A stretch of 63,962 nt of DNA, filler included, from Gonapodya sp. JEL0774 (lineage: Eukaryota): NCBI GenBank assembly GCA_027604505.1. It is 4 parts of 4 records of this genome, joined end to end, with 100 filler letters (N's around TTAATTAATTAA, not from the genome) between each part and the next. Parts side by side here need not be neighbours in the genome. Positions count along the whole stretch, not along the records: positions 53,663 to 63,962 come from JADIIX010000381.1; 3 more parts are not named here. One strand, written 5' to 3'. Shown here piece after piece: positions 53,663 through 63,962 of the stretch (within the stretch, counting starts at the first letter, position 1; the number at the start of each line of letters is the position of its first letter). A model generated the notes under the pieces. It did not search any database. It saw only the letters and a list, made by a program, of their open reading frames with translations, and was not told the DNA's origin. Both the position numbers and the translations under genes were made by a program.

Positions 53663-54866
53663 GATGTCCTTAGCCAAGTCTTGGAAAAGATCCACTCAAA
53701 GATGGTTTCACCTGCGAAGACAACGAAATACCAAGCTCGCGAAGTTGGCCGGCTGGAACGACTTCATTCGTCCATCGGCCTCGCCCTCTTTCTGGCCACC
53801 AGACAGCCCGAATTCTCTGGAAATAGACTTTTGTGCCCGACCCAACAACTTATCCCGCACGTTGAACGGATGATTGAGGAAATTTTGACAAAAGTGAGTC
53901 CTACATAAGTCTGATTATTATGTTCACCCAATATCTGGATCCTTTCTTTCGCAATTGTTCTATTCAAAAATGAAGAAAGAACTCCTCTTTGATGGTACCG
54001 TGATCCATCCCGTGGGCTCCCTCAATCCAACGGTACCGACTCTGAGAAGTAGACAGAACGAACAGCGTGCAGCGCTCCGGAGAAATGAGAGAATTGGGAA
54101 GGATAAGGAGAGGAGAGGGAAAACAAAGGCCGAGCACGCCGATTGATTGACATATTATCACCCATTTCACAGTTCCTTTGTTGTAGTGTAATACAAACAT
54201 AATCTCTCTACAGTACCAGAGCACACGAACTACGGAAACTTACTGTGACCTCTCAACTGAACTCCACTAAACTATCCTTCAAGTTTGAGTGATCAATGCA
54301 TCGAGCTGGTGGTGAAGTTGGGTCACCAAAAGGTAATGAACCCCAAATCTCCCACAGGAGCCCGTCACCGCGTCAAATCACAAATCGGGTGCAATACATG
54401 CATCATCCACCATCCATCCCCCTTCGATCGCAAGATTCGCTGCAGATCGATCCATTCCTCCTGTATATACCTTGCCTACGACAAATCTCTCCCTTCTCGC
54501 GGGGTTTCCTCTTGGGGGGGGGAAGGGGCCGAATCGCAGATCTACTCGCACCTGGTCGAACACTTGGTTCGTAGGTTTCTGAGTTATTAATCTTCACTTG
54601 TTGTTGTTCTCTTGACATCTTACCAAGTTTCCTGTTGCCGCGACCTTTCCGACTCTACTAGATATCCTGTACATACATACATCTCCCCTCGATCCTGGCA
54701 TTTCCGTCGCCCATCTCCCTCTCAGCCTATCAACGTTCTCCATTACGCTTGTTTGCGTTTAACCTCCCATCGTCCTGTCGCCCCATCCCACCCTCTACAA
54801 GAATCAATACTTCTTTTGACTCTCCAGAGCTGAGCCCCCCCCCCCTCCCCCCTCTTCTGGAGAAAT

Positions 54867-57273
54867 ATGTCTCCCAGAAGGAAACCTAAGCAGACCACTG
54901 CAATGGTCCAAACGCCGCAAAACAGCACCGCAAAGGACAGAAAAAGGATGAAGATCCTTTCCGTTTGGCGATCCGCTGATCAGAAATACCGGGAGAAAAA
55001 ACGAGCCCTATACCAAGAGGCGGAGGAGTGTGATACCCGGCGCATACGGGATTTATGTGCAGAATACGCAAGCAAGCAGAAGAAGACCGGTGTGGTTGGG
55101 AAAAGGAAAAAGGGCTCACCGCGGCGTAATTCATGCACTCCGACAGTGAAATCGCGGGTTCAGTTGGATGAATGGTTGGTGGAAAGGGACAATGGCGTCC
55201 TCTTGGCGGACGACGCCACTTGGATCAGACCTTCTGGACTCAGTGTGGGGGCCTTGAACAGCCAGTCGCCTGGAGTAGGCCGTGCCATCGTCTGGAATCA
55301 GAAAAAAAGATTGACACCCGATAAAAGATGGGTGCAACAGGAAGCTGTGAGTGACGTTTCCATTACTTGCTGTCCACCAGATGACATTCACTAATGTCTG
55401 TGGAAAATTATTTCAGATTGTTTCCCTGCGAAAAGGCGCAATCAAAGTCCTCGTCGGTCTGACATCAATGCGGGACAATTCTAATAGTAAAAATTACCAA
55501 AAGCACCTAGCTGATACTTTGGGGCCCGCCACTCAAGCCTTCGAGTTGTACTGGAATGCCTGGATGGAAGCTTCGGCTGCTTTGAATGCATCGAGCACCA
55601 CGACAGAATCGAACGTACCACTGGCAGCGACTGCACAAATCACCGGGACACCGTCTAATGTACCGCTGGTGGCGACCGCATCCAGCTCTTCGAGAGCTGG
55701 GACACTGTCGATCATACCGCTGGCGGGGACGGCATTGTGCTTGTCCAGTGCCATGACACTGTCAAATGTACCGCTGGCGGCGGCGACTGCATCAAGTTTG
55801 TCCAGCGCCATGACATCGTCCGACGCACAAACTTTGGAGTTTGCACCAAATGTGCCGAACTTGGAGACAACATCCGTTCCATCCGGTACGGCGACACGGT
55901 CAGCGTCAACTACATTGAATATGGCGACGGCATCCAACGCACCGATTGTCACTGCGACATGGAGTCCGTCAACTGTCACTGCGACATGGAGTCCGTCAGG
56001 CACCGCCCCAACGTCCTCCACACCACACATGACAGCACGCCAAAAGGTACAGAACTGGGCCACTGCATCGTCCACCACCAGTGGTACACCCCCAAGGTAC
56101 CAAACCAGGTCCCAAACTGGGGGAACAGCAGCCACCCAGTCTGGTAAAAGTGGAGCTGCCAAGGCCATTAATGAGAAGACCCAGGAAACCGCCCACACTG
56201 GGCCGCCACCACGCACCCTGGATGAACTGAAAGAGGACGGGTATACACTGTATGGTGGTGAGCAGCCGGTTGCCAACCAGATGTTCACCACAATGGACGG
56301 ACTATTACTGGGTGCGCACTTTGCTGGTGTCATACCTCCCGAGCAGCGTCGGCACATCTTCTCTCAACTGGAAAACCACTTCAACTTTCGACCTGGGAAT
56401 AACTTTTCCTGAGGCATAGGAGAGTGGTTTCCTTATGGTAAAGTTCCTGAACCTACGGCTTATCAAGTAAAGTGCGAGGCGGTACTCAAAGATACAAAGA
56501 CCAGCGAGGATTGGAAGAAGAAGGTTCCAACTATATTCGACATTTCTGATGAGCTCTCTTTGCAATCCCAGTATACTGGGTTGGGTGTTGATCCTAACAA
56601 CTACAAGCGGCAGATTGCGAATGGAAGGGCACGGAACAAGCATGTGGACGAACAACGACGAGATGTTGGGGAGGATCCAATCCGACATTTGGCCTCACCT
56701 GCACTGCCCACCTGCAACTTTAACGTTGGTGGCATCACTGGCTCTCGTCCAGGCCTTGAGGCAGTTCGAGGCCTCCATGTTGATGTACACGACGAACCAT
56801 ATTCCCATTCCTTTATTTACACGTTCAACGAGCGTGACACAGTCTCGTGTATGATCTGTAATGGGAATGGAGTGGTGGTCGCTGTCTTGATGCTCCGCCC
56901 GTCCGGCGACCCCATCGTGGTGTTCTTCAGGGCAGCAGCAGGGGACCTCATCATGATCATGGCCAGGATCATGTGCCACAAGGTTATTCGCACTTGCCCC
57001 TTCTGCGGACCCCGAAGGATCAGTGCAGTTGTATTCATACACGGGAATGCGAATAGCCTGGGTGTAGGCGCGTATCACCAGAGGTTCGAGGGGCAGGCAG
57101 CGGAGGAGAAGGAGACCAACATGGAAAAGTTCCGACTCCTTTTGAAGAGGCGGGGAGGAGCTTCCAGGGAACGGAGGCAGAAGGAGAAGGATGCCCTGAG
57201 GAAGGTGATCAAGGCCAGCGCCAACAGGAAGAAACAGGCCTCCTTGGCTGCTTTGTCGGAGGTTGACCGGTAA
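54867..57273 (+). pseudogene. TET/JBP-like 2OG-Fe(II) dioxygenase gene with one premature TGA
   Basis: Exon 1 at 54867 to about 55347, intron GTGAGT...TTTCAG to 55416. Exon 2 is in one frame to 57273 except TGA at 56410-56412. The C-terminal domain has NFN...HVD (56776-56784), GDLIMI, distal His (56977) and RISAVVF (57016). Confidence 0.72.
55608..55998 (+). repeat. Intragenic coding repeats
   Basis: Four or more copies of a SNVPLAATA-like unit (aatgtaccgctggcggcgac and variants) plus a 24-bp tandem (tgtcactgcgacatggagtccgtc x2, VTATWSPS). Confidence 0.8.
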
Positions 57274-57699
57274 TGCTGTTGGGAGGATCTGGCCTGGCGA
57301 GGGTAAGTGCACGTCCGCTGGCGTAAGACAGTTGATGGGTGCGAACGGCCAGCGTGGTGGAAGAGTGGCAAGAGTGATGTGACATGTCGATGCCGAGCAC
57401 TTGTGGGTGGAGCACACTGGAGCAGGCGTCCCTCTGTGAGAGCTGAACACAGCGAGGGGCGAGACAGCGGCCAGGGGTGAGGGAGCGGCAAGTTTGTCTC
57501 GACGGGTTATTGGAAGATTGTATTTATGATGGGAGATGTACCATTATTTCAACGTGACAAACTAGATGTGCTTGGGCCGGGAAAAGTGTCTAATACATCT
57601 GATTGCAGACCGGACGACACACCACCAACCTCGGACTCCCAAGTCTGATCAACATCCACCAGACTATCACTCACTCACGTTACGTTACCAATCATCTGC

Positions 57700-58420
57700 T
57701 GAAGAATGCCCGTGTGCACTAAAAGATCGCCATTCACGTCCTCGCCCTTCGCGTCATTGTGTTCTCCATGCACGCCTCCCCCCGTCTACTCCCTCGCTCT
57801 TACTTCATCATCCCAACTTGCTTCTCCAGCTCGAGCTTTGCCTCTCGTTGCTTTTCCGTATTGGTCCACTCTCTTCTTTTGCTTCTCCCGGCCTCACTTC
57901 TCCTGTACTTGTCTCCCATAACCTCGCAGTGCCCGTATTTGCTTCCCACGACTTTGCATTGCCCGTCCTTGTTTTCTCTTGAATGCTCTGCCCCTCCCAC
58001 CCCCACCTCCCTTCTGACATACCTGCTGTCTGTGCTCTCGTGCGTCCAGTCATCTCTGTGTGCGCGCGAGCTTCTCGTGTCTGCGCTTCCCGTTTTCGTG
58101 CTTGTCCCGTCATAGCTTCGCCCGCACCATTTCCCTGTGTCCTTGTTTTCCCCGTCCTTGGTTCGCACACGCCTGTTACCCGTGTTTGTGCTTTACGCGT
58201 CGGTGATTCTGTTGTTGGCGCTTCTCCCGTCCGCACGTCTCGTGTCGTCACCCCGCCCCCCCCTGTCACTGGACATCCCGTCTGCACTCCCCGCACCCTC
58301 TCGCCCTAGCTATCTCCCTTGCCCGCTTGCCGTGCTCTCGCTCCTCGCGTGCCTGCTTCCCGTGTTTGTGCTTGTCCTGACCTCGTTCCTCTCTTCTATA
58401 CTTCTGTCGTCCTTGCCCAC
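57700..58420. repeat. Pyrimidine-rich low-complexity tract
   Basis: C/T-dominated sequence with recurring cccgtccttg and cccgtgtttgtgctt motifs. Confidence 0.55.
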
Positions 58421-61400
58421 AGTGAGGGGCATTGACTGGCACAATGTCACACCCTTCATTATTGAGTCGTTTTCATTCAATTGAGATGACGTATCTACAA
58501 TGGGAACCGCGGGCGGACGACGGGGCCTATGAAATGGATGGAATGACTATCGAGCTCACCCTGTTTCTAGATTGAAACTCACCCATTGCTGTCCAATCAG
58601 CCGGCAACCTTCGGCTCGCTTCATTTCTCAGCACGACTCAATCAGTTTTCCCGTCTATCTATCCTCCGCAGCCGGCTCTGAGCGTGTTGGGCCGAAGTGA
58701 GTGCAGGAGTGCGATGATGGCGAGAAGGGGAGACTCCAGCCCAAAACAGCGAGCTTTTCCTGGCCTTCCATCAATTAAGGTGACGTGGCGACGATGGGGG
58801 CGACAAGGTGCGTGTCTCTTGAGGGGGTAATAGGGGTGATGGCAGGATGGGGGCGGCTGGGACATGGGCTCCCGCTCGAACCGAAACCTGAACCCTCGCC
58901 TACAGCAAAAAGAAGCACCTCGGCGCCGACCAACTAGCGCACCAATAAGTAGATATCCTGTCTCAGGAAGAGTAGAATTGATGGGGGGGCGTGAAGGACT
59001 GTGGTGAGAACATACACAAGGGAAGCTCGCGTTGTTGGACAGATATTTCGAGAAGACAACAGAGGCCTCGCAAGTGACGAAGAGGTTGATGCCAGAGGGT
59101 GTTGAGGCTTTTATGTGAAAAGACGGTGCAATGTTCACCCATGGTCCATGCACCTTGGAAACCGGCAGTCCAACTCAACAGACAACCCAAAAAAATTAGC
59201 ACGCTCCAACCACGATGGGAAGTTGACCATGTTGGTTGAGTCTGCGACATTGTGCTTCTCACAGTTCCGCCGGAATCTCTGTCCTATTGGGGTCGAATCC
59301 GAAGCTCACCGAGCTCATCCTGTCGCCATCCTCCGACCAATCCTTCGGCATCACGCTCGTTGACGCAGCCAAAATCACGGATCTGTGTGATTCACAGCAA
59401 TCCACTGTCGGAGCGGGGTTGCGGTGGATCGAATCAGAAAATTGTATGGCATACGTCGAGGTGGAGGAGTCGACTTCGACGTGCTAGAGGCCGCGAATCT
59501 GACAAGGTGAACTCTCTAACCAGCCAATCTCCCTCACAGCTTTATTGACTTGGCTCTTTCCGTCCGTGGCTGACCTTTTGAAAACACCGCAGTGAGTTTG
59601 AACTTGAGTGAGTCGCAAAACAACACGCAAAACTAAACGTTGACATGTCCCTCCACCCCTGCACTGCGCGAGCAAAAGACAGACGCCTTGCGCTCGCTCT
59701 CTTCTCTGATTGCGGTGCTCCCTGTGTACAGACAGACCTTCCCGAGATTTCAGCTGTGAAATGGGGAAAGAACCTCTTTGGAACGTAACTCAAATTAGAA
59801 CATCAGAAACCTCTAAAGTCTTGGTGAGTCTAAGCTTCCATTGTCGTTGCAGAGTGGACAAGATTTGTTTGGATTCGATGGATGAAGTGCCGAGAAAACG
59901 CGGGCAGCGTGGGACGGAATCTTTGAGACAACAGCAGTGGAGCCACTGCCCGCTTCCCCCACTCACTGCGTCTGCCCTGGGCTGGCCCTTGTTTTACAAC
60001 CCTCCCACCCCTGTAGGTGTGTGGCGTACAACCACCTCAACCGCACTCAACAGCCTCCACCTGCCAACACAGACAACCACGTCGCCGATACCGTGCACTA
60101 GAATCTCGAGCACCTCTTCAAGACCCTACCTTAATCTAAACATTTTCTGGGCTGAGTAACAAAAATTGCTGTCTGATGCAGTGACCAGGGCTGACCCCAT
60201 AATCCCCCCCCATCAACCGCACACAGAACCTCTCCCCTTATGAAGTTTCGTAGCTCAAGCTGGTGTCGTCAGGTGCGCCGACGGCTGCTTCGTCAACCGG
60301 CAGAATATACCCGCGTGCACGCGTGCACGTGGATTCGCTGGGGCAGCGTTGCACCGGAGGCACTCAAGATTGCCCCAGAGAGCCCCTGCAATTTCTACAG
60401 CAATTTAACGTGGAGGTTGTGACGGAGGTTGTGACGGGTTTCCAGACTCACAGGTGAGCTAGGCGGAGGCACTGACCATTAACCACTGTGCAAGATCAAT
60501 AAACTGCACTGACCACCCCCATTTTATTCTTCACCTACGTGACGTGACGTGCGTCTGATTTGACAGCCCTCTTGAGACTCTGACCCCATCCCGTCCATCC
60601 ACTTTCGTTGCGCCAAAGCTAACCAGCACTCTTTTTTGATTCAGCCTAAAGATATTTGTACGTCCTGGGGCTGGCTGGGCCAGCCGGGGTGCTCACCGCA
60701 CGGTGGACAGGGTTCCAAGCGAGCATGGGGCCTTGCACCGCAGCTTGGTACGACTGGAGCAAGAGCCCACCAACAACAGATGCCAGCCATCGTACCCCGG
60801 CGTGGCCCTGCTGTGACCTCGCAGTCCTTTGTCTGTTGGTGCAATCTGGCTCAACCAGCAACGCATTCAACGCTGTGTTCCCAGCCTTCATTTCTTCATC
60901 CAGCAACACATCCGCCGCGGTGTTCCCGATGTCGATTCACCCGTCACCCACCCCTGGCTCTGTGATGGTGTGTCGCATACGGCTGATTAGGATCCCCTGG
61001 CAGCTTCGCGGGGCAACAAGAGGACCCCGAGTCATGTATTGTTCGACCGCAGTCATGGTCTCCAGAGCACTGCTACCTCAATTCGGCCAAATGAATTCCT
61101 CTGTGCTGTGGCATGTGGGTCCTGCTACATTGCCGGGACGTCCTCCGTCGCTGGACAAACCCGCATAGCTGTACACGACATAGGAGGAGCACAAATAAAC
61201 GAAAGGGCTTTCACGGGAGTCCTTACTGTTTTGGAGCCACGGCATGAAGGGAAAGCAAGCTTGAGCTGAAACCGGATTCATACTCCTTTTTTTTGCTGTG
61301 GTGGTCCTCTATGACAAGCGGCATCGGTTGCTTACTGTCGCGCCAACGAAATTTTTGGATTTCCTCTGTAGATTCATGTGTATCTCCTTATTCATTCTTC

Positions 61401-62229
61401 CACCGCTTATTTTTCTATAGGTTGGCTGGCGCAGTTTTTGGTCCTGATGGCAGGCACAATGGATCAGGTCGGCTTAGGGTGATTTCGAGCCAGTTGCACC
61501 GGTCACTGGTCGTGCTGCGCCCGCTCAATTGCTTAGAGTGCCTACACGCAGGGCGGCTGTTGACTTAAAGCTGCTGTGGTAGTTGTGTGCCGTTGGCAAG
61601 CTCCCCATTTGCACCTCTGTACCATAACATATTGACCTTCTGATCACAGTGATGGTCTTTCCGCCATTCTAGACGGAATGGAACAAGGATCGAATTGAGA
61701 TAGACCGCAATGGTGGAAGCAGGGGTCCAGGGACGTGGCAAGGATATGGTGGCGGGTGGGCAGGTTATTTTCGAATGGTATGCACAGATGACCTCAGAAT
61801 TTTAAAGAAACAGAGCGGTCAAATCGGTTTTCTTGAGTTGTATGAGTAACAGTATTACTCTAGACCTGTCCCACGAACGTGGGTTTGTGGGATTCATTTC
61901 TCCCGTTCTGGGGCTCAGGCCTGACGATTGAGGCTATGCTTCCTCGTGTCCCCAAAACCTGCAGGTCTTACGATATATAAACCAGCCCTTCCCTCACATC
62001 ACCGCTATTTGAAACAGGAGTGTACCCGCCTCAAAATTCTACTATTCCTCCATACCGTGGAAACTGAGGGCGTGGGCCTCCAGGGCATCTTGGGGACCAC
62101 GCCCATTGTTGAGGCTATTGTTCTCACATCACTGAGGGCAGAAAGGAAATGTAAGTCGACTTTCAACAGTTTGTCTTCTCCTTTGCAGCACGTCCTCATT
62201 CGTATACCGCTGCAATCAATTGCTTACCC

Positions 62230-63962
62230 AATGCAGTCTCGTGTTCAACAAGCTCAGTTGACTGCCCCCCAAACAGCACCCACCCTCACACCCATCTGGA
62301 ATGCAGCACCAGGCGGACTCAAGGCAAGCGGTTGAGAAGAAAGGCAAGACAGAAGGAGCAGGCCGCACTGGTGCAGGAGGACATCGAACAGATGGCCTCG
62401 TTCCGAAGAGACTGGGACAAAGGCCACGAATCCAACATCCGCCCCAAGCCAAATTCCAAGCACAAAACCAGGAATTCAACAGGAAAACCTTTTTCTGGAA
62501 CAAATACAACCATAGGGAACCGCTCGCCGCCGTCATCTGATCAGGCCTCCAGTGCGACATCTGGTTTGGTACCAGGTCATCACCAGAATGATACCAGCTC
62601 CCCAGGTACGACAAGTATATTTTACTGGCAGGCCTTGTGTTCTATCTTTTCTCAGTCTCCTCACTTCTGTTTCCAATTCCTTTATTCAAAGGTTCTACCG
62701 TTAGACTGACAAGGGGTGAACGAGCGCCCGGAGCGTTGTCCTCCGACGACTTCGAAATTGAGCACCTATATATTGAGGAGGACGATGACTGTGAGAATCT
62801 AATTTCAAGAATCTCAAGTCAGTTGCCTGCTTTTGACAATCTGTGCCAACTCTGCTTTGCAGTCGTTCCTTTACAGGAAACCCAAACGCAAGGTTTGCTT
62901 TGGTGTGTTAAGTCTGCAATGTTAATTGCCATCTAACATCGTTTGTTCCTTTCGTTTCTAATAGAGACCGGACGTTCCACTTTCTGCGCGTCTAGCAGTT
63001 GCAGCTCAGAACACTCTGCGACGACTGTCACCAGCAGTACACCTACCCCAACCCCCACTCTCCTAGCTAAGGAGCCCCCGCCAATAGCTGCTCCAGGTGA
63101 CCCTAGGCCACCAACTGCTGCACCAATCTCTCTGTACTTGCAGGCCAAGTCATCCACGAGGCCGATACTTCCACCACAGCCCCAACAAATTGCACGTCCA
63201 CAGAAGCAACAACGTTAGTAGCTACAGCTCCTGTTCTTTGAAATTCACTCATTTGTTTTCTCAGTCTGATCTTTGTGTTTCCGACGACTTCTTTCCAACG
63301 CTTTCTCCAGGTCCCGCGGCTTTACCCCGTCACAGACCGACTCGAGGCACCAATTTTCGAGTCAACGTCGATTTTGGTGGGGACAATCCTGACGGTGCCG
63401 AGTTCACCATTTGCGCGGGACTCCATAATGCTCTTCATGGGAATAAATCGTTTTTAGTGAGAGATGTTGAGGATGTCGCTCGGCGGGTAAGAATTCAGTT
63501 CGCTTCTTCTCTCTATTTTCTCTCTCTGATCATTGATTCTCTCAAGGCTACGGTTGTAGCAGTAGAAGGTTCCAGGGTGCATCTTGGTTATATCTCACAC
63601 GAATGCCTGCAAGGAGAAAGGGAGCAGAAGCAGCGTGATCACGATGCTTGGAATTTACTTGTTCAACAACGATATCACGCTATTCAGCCACTGTTTGATA
63701 ACGTGCAGATTCCCTGCATGCCTGTGGGGTTCGGGGCAGCCTTACCTCCACCACCGCCACCTCCAGCTCTTGCGGCTGGGCTCCCGGCTCTTCCACTGGG
63801 CATCCCACCTCTTGCGCAGCTGCCAGCAGCTCCGCCAATACCAGGCAACTTACTTGCTGCTGGGAATGCACCGCCTGGCTTCATCCCTCCTGCCCCTGCT
63901 CCTCCTCCACTCCATCAAGCTCCCATCCCCCATCAGTTCCAAAACTACTACTGGGAGATCGA
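62230..63962 (+). CDS. Hypothetical Pro/Ser-rich multi-exon gene (possibly decayed), running off the window
   Basis: Exon-like ORFs (62332, 62691, 62964, 63311) separated by GT..AG segments with pyrimidine tracts. In-frame stops near 63455. Confidence 0.4.

Overview
Eukaryotic, intron-rich fungal genomic DNA with short GT-AG introns. The gene content, including a SCLT1-like centriolar coiled-coil protein, suggests a zoosporic (chytrid-grade) fungus; this is inference. The window is not one locus. It is four contigs joined by 100-bp N44-TTAATTAATTAA-N44 linkers, apparently sorted by size, so synteny across 17.8, 35.7 and 53.6 kb is artificial. Recognisable genes: ABC-F ATPase (3' part), SDR oxidoreductase, class I glutamine amidotransferase, membrane-anchored GH5 glucanase, multi-pass membrane protein, DIM1, a small secreted Cys/Pro-rich protein, an atypical Ser/Thr kinase, RPS0/uS2, the SCLT1-like protein, an ankyrin protein, RNase H1, a beta-lactamase-family hydrolase and a Mid2/Wsc-like sensor. 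Several decayed or duplicated regions are also present. Top finding: the last contig carries a TET/JBP-like 2OG-Fe(II) dioxygenase gene whose otherwise continuous frame is broken by a single TGA (probable CGA>TGA), amid decayed, mobile-element-like DNA. Second: RNase H1 has two in-frame AUGs separated by a mitochondrial-presequence-like peptide. Exon boundaries were read by eye and family calls come from motif recognition only.
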